Assembly: GCA_963777155.1 (NCBI GenBank) | Contig: CAVZPM010000026.1 | Coordinates: forward strand, 1 to 17,703 | Direction of reading: 5' to 3' | Source of the DNA: Candidatus Bathyarchaeota archaeon | Lineage (GTDB): Archaea; Thermoproteota; Bathyarchaeia; Bathyarchaeales; Bathycorpusculaceae | DNA: 17,703 nt | Shown here: piece by piece, positions 1 through 9,559 of the stretch | Layout of the letters: every line of letters begins with the position of its first letter | Position numbering within the stretch: position 1 is the first letter of the stretch | Made by a program: the position numbers and the translations under genes | Notes under the pieces: generated by a model | The model's database searches: none | Seen by the model: the letters and a program-made list of their open reading frames with translations, nothing else | Told to the model about the DNA's origin: nothing

Positions 1-1769
1 TTGATTTTATTCGCAGACGCGTCTCCGTGGTCGTTGAACGCAAAGGCCAAAGATACTTCATAGCCAAAGGAGCCCCCGAAGAAATTCTCAAGGTTTGCTC
101 TTACTATGAACGAAACAAACTGGTAGCAGACCTTAGTGAGGAAACACGCAAGAAAATCGAGCAAAAATATCATGATTATAGCGCGGAGGGACTTAGAGTT
201 TTAGGTGTTGCCTACAAACGTCTCAAAGTAGACAAAGCAGTTTACTCAATAAATGATGAAAACGATATGGTTTTTCTAGGTTTTGTGGCTTTCCTTGACC
301 CTCCAAAAGAAACCGCAAAACAATCGCTTCAGCTACTAGGTAAAGCAGGGATTGAACTGAAAATCCTCACAGGTGACAACGAGTTAGTAACAAGAAAAGT
401 CTGCGAGGAACTCGGGTTTGAAGTAAAAGGTGTAGCTCTTGGCAACGACATCGGCAACATGCCTGACGAAACATTGATGGTAATCGTTGAAGAAGCAAAC
501 GTCTTCTGCCGCGTCAACCCAATTCAAAAGGACCGCATAATCACCCTACTAAAGAAGAACGGACACGTCGTCGGCTACATGGGTGACGGCATAAACGATG
601 CTCCCTCACTAAAAACCAGTGACGTAGGCGTATCGGTGGACAATGCCGTTGATGTTGCAAGAGAATCCGCCGACATAATCCTATCCAGAAACGACTTAAC
701 CGTCTTAGCGGAAGGTGTCTTGGAAGGTAGAAAAACCTTTGGCAACACAATGAAATACATCCAGCTAGGCGTCAGCTCAAACTTCGGCAACATGTTCAGT
801 GTCGCTGGCGCAGCTATTTTTCTGCCTTTTTTGCCTATGCTGCCAGTCCAAATCCTTCTAAACAACTTGCTTTATGATATGTCACAATCCACTATCACAA
901 CTGACAGAGTGGATGAAGAATACGTTGAGAGACCGAAACGATGGGACATTGCATTCATACGACGCTTTATGGTGTCTCTTGGTCCAGTAAGTTCGCTATT
1001 TGACTTTTTGACTTTCTTTACTATGCTCTTTGTTTTCATCCCGATTGTACCTCTAGCCATAATATCCATTCAACAGCAGCATCTATTCCAAACAGCTTGG
1101 TTCATCGAATCCTTATGTTCACAAATTCTAGTCGTCTTTGTTATCCGAACTAGACGAACACCTTTCTGGAAGAGCAGACCAAGCAAATACTTATTGGCCA
1201 GCAGCTTAACAATAGTTTCCTTCGCATTAATAGTGCCATTTACCCCGTTAGGTGAAGTATTTGGATTTGTGGCACCTCCACCGCTATTCTATGCAATCTT
1301 GGCAATACTTCTAGGAGCATACTTGTTACTTGCTGAAGTAGTAAAAACCTGGTTCTACAAACGGAATGCCTACCGCCTTGAACAGGTATTGGTACCAAAA
1401 AGAACCTTCTATATAACCAGAACGGCAAAGTTGATGCAGGACATGATAGCAACCTTAAGCCTTCAAGTTGATGATGAATTTACAATAGAAGCCCTAACGG
1501 ATGACTTGAACAGCGTCATAACCTACCCAATTAACTCGAATCAGATGGCACGCAATCTTCAGTACCTTAGACGTTCAGGTTTAATCAGCGTAGACTGGAA
1601 CAAACGAACCATAAAACGTCAGAAAGCATTAGGTGACTACGTTAAGAAAAGCATTATCGGTGGACCTATTTGGCTAAACATCAGGGAAGATTGGCAGAAA
1701 ATACATAACATCCTCCTAAACAAACATGGAGCAGTTAACATTGAGTACCAACAATTACTGGTTAAATGA
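1..1769 (+). CDS. mgtA: Mg2+-transporting P-type ATPase (MgtA/MgtB family), 5'-truncated by window edge, with ~130-aa C-terminal extension
   Basis: Frame open from base 3 (DFIRRRVSV, like the MgtA FDFxRRRMSV motif). Contains KGAPEE, FLDPPK, LTGDN, GDGINDAPSL, SSNFGNMFS, PFLPMLPVQILLNNLLYD and FQTAWFIES. Confidence 0.92.
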   Translation, partial: DFIRRRVSVVVERKGQRYFIAKGAPEEILKVCSYYERNKLVADLSEETRKKIEQKYHDYSAEGLRVLGVAYKRLKVDKAVYSINDENDMVFLGFVAFLDPPKETAKQSLQLLGKAGIELKILTGDNELVTRKVCEELGFEVKGVALGNDIGNMPDETLMVIVEEANVFCRVNPIQKDRIITLLKKNGHVVGYMGDGINDAPSLKTSDVGVSVDNAVDVARESADIILSRNDLTVLAEGVLEGRKTFGNTMKYIQLGVSSNFGNMFSVAGAAIFLPFLPMLPVQILLNNLLYDMSQSTITTDRVDEEYVERPKRWDIAFIRRFMVSLGPVSSLFDFLTFFTMLFVFIPIVPLAIISIQQQHLFQTAWFIESLCSQILVVFVIRTRRTPFWKSRPSKYLLASSLTIVSFALIVPFTPLGEVFGFVAPPPLFYAILAILLGAYLLLAEVVKTWFYKRNAYRLEQVLVPKRTFYITRTAKLMQDMIATLSLQVDDEFTIEALTDDLNSVITYPINSNQMARNLQYLRRSGLISVDWNKRTIKRQKALGDYVKKSIIGGPIWLNIREDWQKIHNILLNKHGAVNIEYQQLLVK

Positions 1770-1914
1770 TAACATAGTTTCAGGAATTCAGCTTCTATTT
1801 GTTTGCGAAACTTAAATGAAGCGCATGACCGTCAAAAAATGATCCGAATAACCAATCGATCCTTTCTCCAAAATGAAGAACAGGATAGGCTAAGCCAAAA
1901 AAATGAAAAATGTG

Positions 1915-2242
1915 TTATGGGTTAGCTGTAAGTTCCAATAGTTCCTTCTTAGTTAGCCCTACTCCCGGCGTAGCGTCGAGTCTCTTTTTAACTTCTCCAT
2001 TCTTGAAAAGCAATACTGTTGGGTAGTAGTCTATCTCGTATTTGTCGCATAGATCAGGCTTATCATCAATCACTATACTCATGCATTGTTTCGGATTGCT
2101 TTTTGCATATTCCTGAAAAATCGGCAAGAAACGCTGCGAATGTGGGACACCAGGAAGCGTAAAAGAGAACGAACGCTTTCTCCTTGGATTTCAAATCATC
2201 ATCAATATCGTTTTTGACTTTGTTTTGATGTTCGTTTTTCAT
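1915..2242 (-). CDS. Thioredoxin-fold protein with monothiol WCPHS site (one extra base near 2141-2146)
   Basis: ATG at 2242 overlaps the upstream TGA (ATGA). Reads MKNEHQ...AFVLFYASWCP, then after removing one base HSQRFLPIFQEY...YEIDYYPTVLLFKNGEVKKRL (cis-Pro strand of the Trx fold). Confidence 0.8.
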
Positions 2243-2973
2243 TTTTGCTCATCTTCAATCACCTCTCGATCTCCTTCTGGATAATGACTACTATCACAGA
2301 ACGGCTTGTTGGTTGATTTTCCACATCGGCAAAGAGTCACGCGGTTCCTAACTTCATAGAGCACCCCCTGACCTGAATAGACGGAGATGCCACCGCGAAC
2401 CCAAACCGGACCGCTGACACCCATACCAGGGTCCTCGATTAACCCTAACGATTTCTCAAATGACGGCTCAATGGTTTTGCCAGTTTCCTTGTCTACTACT
2501 ACAAGTCGACCGGAGGGGCAGTCGCAAGCATTTTTGACGGCGTTCTGTTTTAGTTTGGGGTCATCTGAAAAGGGAATTTGCTGCCAGATATCGCCGCCTC
2601 TATGGCAGAAACGGGCAGATGCACAAAGAATCTCGGCGTCCTTAAGCTGTAGAGTCGGACCATCAATTTCTTTTGCCATTTTCTCGAATGGTTCATTATC
2701 GCTTACCTCAGTTCCGTCGAAATTCACTTTCACATGGGTTGAGTCGCAGAACGGCTTATTCTTTGATTGCCCACATCGACACAAAGTATAGGTCTCTGGC
2801 GTCTTCATTCTATCACCCATCATCCATTCTACGGGAATGCCTGTGTGGTCACATTTTATCGTTGCCGGAAACAAGGGTATATTTCCAGAAACCAGATATG
2901 GTCCGTTCTTGAGAATCCTGATTTTAAAGTTATCCTTTGGAGTTTGGCGGTTTTTGTTCCAATTTGATTCCAT
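2239..2973 (-). CDS. CDGSH-type iron-sulfur protein: two CDGSH domains flanking a divergent ferredoxin-like domain
   Basis: LCRCGQSKNKPFCDSTH and LCRCGKSTNKPFCDSSH motifs; NGPYLV and SGPVWVRG strands; central LCASARFC...CPSGRL. Confidence 0.9.
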   Translation of the reverse strand: MESNWNKNRQTPKDNFKIRILKNGPYLVSGNIPLFPATIKCDHTGIPVEWMMGDRMKTPETYTLCRCGQSKNKPFCDSTHVKVNFDGTEVSDNEPFEKMAKEIDGPTLQLKDAEILCASARFCHRGGDIWQQIPFSDDPKLKQNAVKNACDCPSGRLVVVDKETGKTIEPSFEKSLGLIEDPGMGVSGPVWVRGGISVYSGQGVLYEVRNRVTLCRCGKSTNKPFCDSSHYPEGDREVIEDEQK

Positions 2974-3158
2974 CTCTATTTAAAATTGATAAGAATAGCG
3001 ATTGGTTACTATTTCAAAAGAATTGTTTGGGGTTAGTTAAGTTTTTTGTCTTCTAAAAAAAGAGTTGGCAAAAATGCTCTTGGAACTCAAAATTTGACTG
3101 AACCGTTAATTGCATAAAGGTAATAATCTTCCTTACAATAGAATAATGAGGCGATTAA

Positions 3159-3394
3159 GTGGAAGAAAACAGAAAATTTACTTCGGAGCAATTAAGAGAG
3201 TTCAACGGGAAAAACGGCAAACCAGTTTACATCGGCTACAGAGGCAAGGTTTACGATGTAACGATTCTTCGCAGTGGCTAGACGGCGACCACTTAGGACA
3301 CCAAGCAGGAGAAGACTTAACTGAACAGATGGAGATAGCGCCCCATAGCGAAGAAGTCATGGAAAGAATGAAGAAAATCGGCGATTTAGTCTAA
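3159..3394 (+). CDS. Cytochrome b5-like heme/steroid-binding protein (~78 aa; one base missing near 3262)
   Basis: GTG at 3159 after GAGG reads MEENRKFTSEQLREFNGKNGKPVYIGYRGKVYDVT, then in the shifted frame DSSQWLDGDHLGHQAGEDLTEQMEIAPHSEEVMERMKKIGDLV. This matches the b5 pattern (GKVYDVT, H..AG.DLT, PH). The N-terminus of ORF-track 3110..3394 is spurious. Confidence 0.85.
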
Positions 3395-3496
3395 GTAACA
3401 TTTTTTCTGTTAGGTGAACAGCAACATTTTCTTGGCGCTTTGAATTTTCCGGTCTTGATTGTTTACGTCGTCTAGCGGTCATTAATTTCGTATTTT

Positions 3497-3536
3497 AAGT
3501 AATCTCAAAAATCACCATTATATTTTGAGGTTACTT
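3497..3536. repeat. 14-bp inverted repeat (operator or hairpin)
   Basis: AAGTAATCTCAAAA (3497-3510), 12-nt spacer, TTTTGAGGTTACTT (3523-3536). The one mismatch is a U-G pair on the + strand. Confidence 0.55.
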
Positions 3537-3662
3537 GGAAATAAGGCTATTTTCTTGTTACAATGGTATGATTCTTCATCAGTCTACTAGAACAATCAAA
3601 TAATTGCGGTTTTTCGCTGAAAAATCTTATTAGTATAAGTGTGTTATAGACAATCGATAAGA

Positions 3663-4019
3663 ATGGATCCTCAATGCGAAATAGTAGGCAAATACGTTCT
3701 GCCAATATTTAGGTCGATGCTTGCCAAAGAACTCGTACAAAAATACCATCTTTCCCAAACTGAAGCAGCTAAAAAATTAGGCACTACCCAAGCCGCTGTG
3801 AGCCAATACCTAAGTTCAAAACGTGCCTACAAAGGCACCGAGCAAGTTGAGCAGTACTTGCCCAAAATCCAAATTATGGCATCTGAGACTGCCCAGAAGC
3901 TCGTTAATAATGAAATTGCCTCCAAAGATGTTACTTTTGATTTTTGCAAGCTTTGCGTTACTTTTTGTACAAAAGATTCTGTGAAAACTGGAGTTTTAAA
4001 CCCTGAATATTTCATTTAA
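3663..4019 (+). CDS. Archaeal HTH transcriptional regulator (COG2522-like) with C-terminal CxxC
   Basis: PQCEIVGKYVLPIFRSMLAKEL followed by HTH LSQTEAAKKLGTTQAAVSQYLSSKR, and FCKLC. ATG 3663 is preferred over GTG 3639. Confidence 0.8.
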   Translation: MDPQCEIVGKYVLPIFRSMLAKELVQKYHLSQTEAAKKLGTTQAAVSQYLSSKRAYKGTEQVEQYLPKIQIMASETAQKLVNNEIASKDVTFDFCKLCVTFCTKDSVKTGVLNPEYFI

Positions 4020-4039
4020 CCTAAACTAAGAAAACTGGC

Positions 4040-6012
<1,973 letters not shown>

Positions 6013-6035
6013 ATACCACAAACTTTTCCTTTTTT

Positions 6036-7168
6036 ATGGAGGCAAACAAGCTAATAACAAACGAAAAACCCAACCCAACGCAAACCTACACTTTTGCCCA
6101 CTCCCCAGACGAGCTAACGTTGGAATCGGGCGAAAAACTAGGTCCAATAACGCTTGCCTACGAAACATACGGCAAACTAAATGCTGAAAAATCCAACGCA
6201 ATACTGGTTGTTCATGCACTCACCGGTGACTCACATGCTGCTGGAACAGAACGGTTGGTGGGAGAACCTGATCGGACCAGGCAAAGGCATTGATACAAAC
6301 AAGTATTTCGTCATATGCAGCAACGTCATCGGCGGCTGCAAAGGCTCCACTGGACCATCCTCGACCAACCCAAAGACTGGAAAGCCGTATGGTCTGAGTT
6401 TTCCCTTAATCGGCATCGGTGACATGGTTGAGGCTCAAAAACGTCTAATTGACCACTTAGGCATCGAAAAGCTCATTTCAGTTGTTGGCGGTTCAATGGG
6501 CGGCATGCAGGTTTTACAATGGATGGTTTCTTACCCCTACAAGATACGCTCAGCAATTCCCATAGCAACCACATTAAATCACACACCCCAGCAAATTGCC
6601 TTCAACGAGGTTGGACGACAGGCGGTAATGGCTGACCCTGACTGGAAAAACGGCGATTACTACGGCCACTCTCCCCCTGCAAAAGGCTTAGCGGTGGCAA
6701 GAATGATTGGGCACATAACCTACATGAGCGATACATCAATGACTGAGAAGTTCGGCAGAAAAACCCGAGCCGACAAAGAACCCTTCAAGTTTGCAGCTGA
6801 TTTCGAAGTTGAAGGTTACCTACGTTACCGAGGAGACAACTTCGTGAAACGCTTTGACGCAAACAGCTATCTCTACCTAACAAAAGCCATCGACAACTTT
6901 AACCTGCTTAACGGGCACAATTTAGGAAACGTCTTCAAAGGTCTAAGGGCTAAGGTTCTGGTGCTCGCTTTCAAATCTGACTGGCTCTACCCAGCCTATC
7001 AAAGCCAAGAAACCGTAAAAGCATGCAAACTAGCCGGCGTCGAAGCAAGCTACTGCGAATTAAACAGCACATACGGACACGACTCATTCCTATCTTGAAA
7101 CCGAACAGGAAACACAGCTTATAGGAGACTTCTTGAAAGCAGTAGAGAATGGCGGTAAACACTCGTGA
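6036..7168 (+). CDS. metX: Homoserine O-acyltransferase, MetX family (extra bases near 6246 and 7093)
   Basis: [42 protein letters not shown], nucleophile GGSMGG, RFDANSY and GHDSFL. The corrected C-terminus ends at TGA 7166-7168, overlapping the metW GTG. Confidence 0.92.
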
Positions 7169-7759
7169 CAAAGCAAACCCATGTAATCGAACACAAAATT
7201 ATTTCAGGGTGGGTTAGCAGCGAAGCATCTGTTTTGGACTTGGGCTGCGGCGACGGCGAATTACTTTCTTTGTTGATAAGGCAGAAAAGTGTTCATGCAC
7301 AGGGAGTTGAGCTCAGCGAACAAGCTGCCCACAACTGCATCACGGCAGGCTTAAGCGTGTTCCAACAAGACATAGACACAGGCTTAACCGAATATGCCGA
7401 CAAAAGCGTGGACTACGTTATCTTAAACCAGACTCTTCAACAGGTCAAGAAACCCGATTTTGCCATAAAAGAAGCCTTACGTGTAGGCAAAAAAGTCATT
7501 GTGGGCTTCCCCAACTTCTGTTACATCACCGACCGCTTCCAGATTTTCTTCAGGCGGAAAAGTCCCTGTATCTTCCTCGCTGCCCTACGAATGGTATGAC
7601 ACTCCTAACCTGCATTTCCTAAGCATCGCAGACTTCAAAGCATACTGCAGAAAAAACCAAATAACCATAGAATATGAAGCGTTTATTTCGAAGAATCGGG
7701 TGGTCAAGGTTTTGCCTAACCTGTTTGGTGAAGTAGGGCTTTTTTTGCTTTCAAAATGA
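7165..7759 (+). CDS. metW: Methionine biosynthesis protein MetW, SAM-methyltransferase fold (one extra A near 7558-7561)
   Basis: VLDLGCGDGELL, DYVILNQTLQQV, IVGFPNF, then GGKVPVSSSLPYEWYDTPNLHFLSI. Directly coupled to metX. Confidence 0.92.
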
Positions 7760-7769
7760 CCAGTCTTGG

Positions 7770-7946
7770 TTAATTGCTTGTTTTTTTGAACCAGACAAAG
7801 CCGACTATGGCGACAACGGCTGCGGTAAGGGCTGCAAAGGGATTTATAGTCTCTGACGCCGAAAAAGAAAAGCCCATGAGAACAACTAAAACTATGATAG
7901 CAAATACCCCAACTCCCGTGCCAACGACTAAACGTTTATGGCTCAT
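7770..7946 (-). CDS. Small two-helix membrane protein (58 aa), unknown function
   Basis: ATG preceded by SD-like GAGGT; two hydrophobic stretches with basic N- and C-termini. Confidence 0.6.
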   Translation of the reverse strand: MSHKRLVVGTGVGVFAIIVLVVLMGFSFSASETINPFAALTAAVVAIVGFVWFKKTSN

Positions 7947-8089
7947 CTTTCTACCTCGCAAACTTGCTATCAAATAGAAGTTAGGGGTTGTTTTGATTTA
8001 ATGCTAAGCTTTAGAACAGCCTGTTCAAGGATTAGGACAGAAAAACGCCAAATTCAACTTATAAATAAAAATGATTTAAAGGGAGAGGT

Positions 8090-8374
8090 TTAATCTTCCT
8101 CTTCATCTAGCTTTCGTTCTTTTATTTTCAGGGTGTTTTCCTCGGAAACTATGACTTTGAATAATTCTGATAGTTCATGTTTGTGGAGGAATTTCTTTAC
8201 GGTGACACGCACATATTTCTTTGCAAGTGCTGCACCTTCACCCTTGACTGTTACGGTTTTTCCGTCGGTGGCTACGTCTCCGCCTGTCTTGTCCTTTAGG
8301 AAATCTGCCAGTTTCTCAAAGAGTTTTGCTTCGTCGCCTTTGAGTTCTGAAGCATCAACTTTCATTTCAACCAT
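8090..8374 (-). CDS. rpl22e: Large-subunit ribosomal protein eL22 (L22e)
   Basis: LAKKYVRVTVKKFLHKHELSELFKVI resembles eukaryotic eL22 [26 protein letters not shown]; acidic DEEED tail; strong SD GAGGTGA. Confidence 0.8.
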   Translation of the reverse strand: MVEMKVDASELKGDEAKLFEKLADFLKDKTGGDVATDGKTVTVKGEGAALAKKYVRVTVKKFLHKHELSELFKVIVSEENTLKIKERKLDEEED

Positions 8375-8465
8375 TTTTCTTATTCACCTCGATTCCTGTT
8401 GCGCCAATTGTCTTGTGATTTAGCTTACTTTTCATAGCAGCTCTATTGATTAAGTTTTTCGCTTA

Positions 8466-8535
8466 TGCTTGTCAGTTCGCCCGTCGAGTCCTTCTCACTG
8501 CCAAAGCTCAGACTCTAGTGCTCATCATCCAAACA
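8466..8535 (-). ncRNA. Box C/D guide sRNA; D guide predicted to target the 16S C1402-equivalent
   Basis: Minus strand reads TGTTTG G ATGATGA GCACTAGAGT CTGA GCTTTGGCA GTGAGAA GGACTCGACGGGCGAA CTGA CAAGCA. Perfect C, D' and D boxes, a degenerate C' box and a 6-bp terminal stem. Confidence 0.88.
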
Positions 8536-8828
8536 GTACATCAACAAAAGAACATAAGACTGTTACGCTGCAAAAAGAAGAGAGACCACTCAATGAGGAT
8601 AATGGTCAAGAATCCTTCATGATTTAGCCTGATTGATTCAAGTTGTTTCTGTTGTGACTGCTGAGAACTACTTACGTAAATTTCATAATCTTTAAAAGCG
8701 CCTTCATCATCTACGTATGAACTTCCATGGCGTAAAGCACATGTGTGAATCGGTAGAACGCTGGTTCAGAAAAACATGCGCTTGAATTCCATGAAAAAAT
8801 CATAATCATAAGGAGGAAAAGAACAAGA

Positions 8829-8966
8829 ATGTTATCACGAGATTGCGATGGATGCTCTCAAAGGAAGCCGTGCAGTAAACGATTTGATGTCGCTGAGAAA
8901 GGCGAAAAAGTCTACTGTCCAGACGGAACAGCCCATTTAGTAGATGCTTGTAAATCAACAATTTAG
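8829..8966 (+). CDS. 45-aa Cys-rich microprotein, putative metal/zinc finger
   Basis: MLSRDCDGCSQRKPCSKRFDVAEKGEKVYCPDGTAHLVDACKSTI*, with AGGAGG at 8811-8816. Absent from the ORF track, apparently because it is too short. Confidence 0.65.
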   Translation: MLSRDCDGCSQRKPCSKRFDVAEKGEKVYCPDGTAHLVDACKSTI

Positions 8967-9050
8967 TAGTCTAATCTGTAAATTTTAAGCAGAGAAAAAT
9001 TTTTTCCCGTTTTCTTTTTATTTTAATTTTAGATATCAATTGCTAAAGAA

Positions 9051-9459
9051 TCACAATTGATTAAGTGTATTCTTAACTTCACTCACTATTTCAGAGAAGT
9101 CTGTTTCTTTGTCTGGTTTCATACCCTTCTTTGAGACTTTCAAAATCGTCTCGTATCCCTTGCTTTTCAGCTCTTTTTCCATGGTTTTCATTGTCCGTTC
9201 ATTGCCAAAGATGCGGTACGTACAAAACAGGATGGCTTTTCTGCCTTCCACTTTATTCATACCTTCGATAAAAGTCCGTGTTTCTTTGGCAGGGCTTGAA
9301 CCTTCTACGGGTGTACCAAGGATTAATGGGTCAAAGGTTTCGATGGTCGAGGGCAATGTCCCCGAATATCCATGAGCGGTGCGTTTGCAGCATCAGCTAT
9401 TGCTTGGGCTAATCGTTTAGTGTTGCCTGTTCTTGAAAAGTAAACAACACAGGGTCCAT
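9051..9459 (-). CDS. Flavodoxin-like protein (frameshifts near 9455 and 9358)
   Basis: Reconstructed M(G)PCVVYFSRTGNTKRLAQAIA (FMN phosphate loop), then FDPLILGTPV and KAILFCTY. Confidence 0.82.
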
Positions 9460-9559
9460 AATTGAATTAGCGTTTGATTGGTTAATATAACCTTCCCCCA
9501 GAGTCTATGTGGTAAGTTTAAAAGTTCAGCCAAGCAGTATTTCTTTGAAGCGAAAAACC

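Noticed and set aside
8543-8765. Open minus-strand frame (~75 codons) and a second ATGATGA box at 8704-8710
   Set aside because: The frame lacks a usable start codon and resembles no known protein. The C-like box has no properly spaced CTGA boxes.
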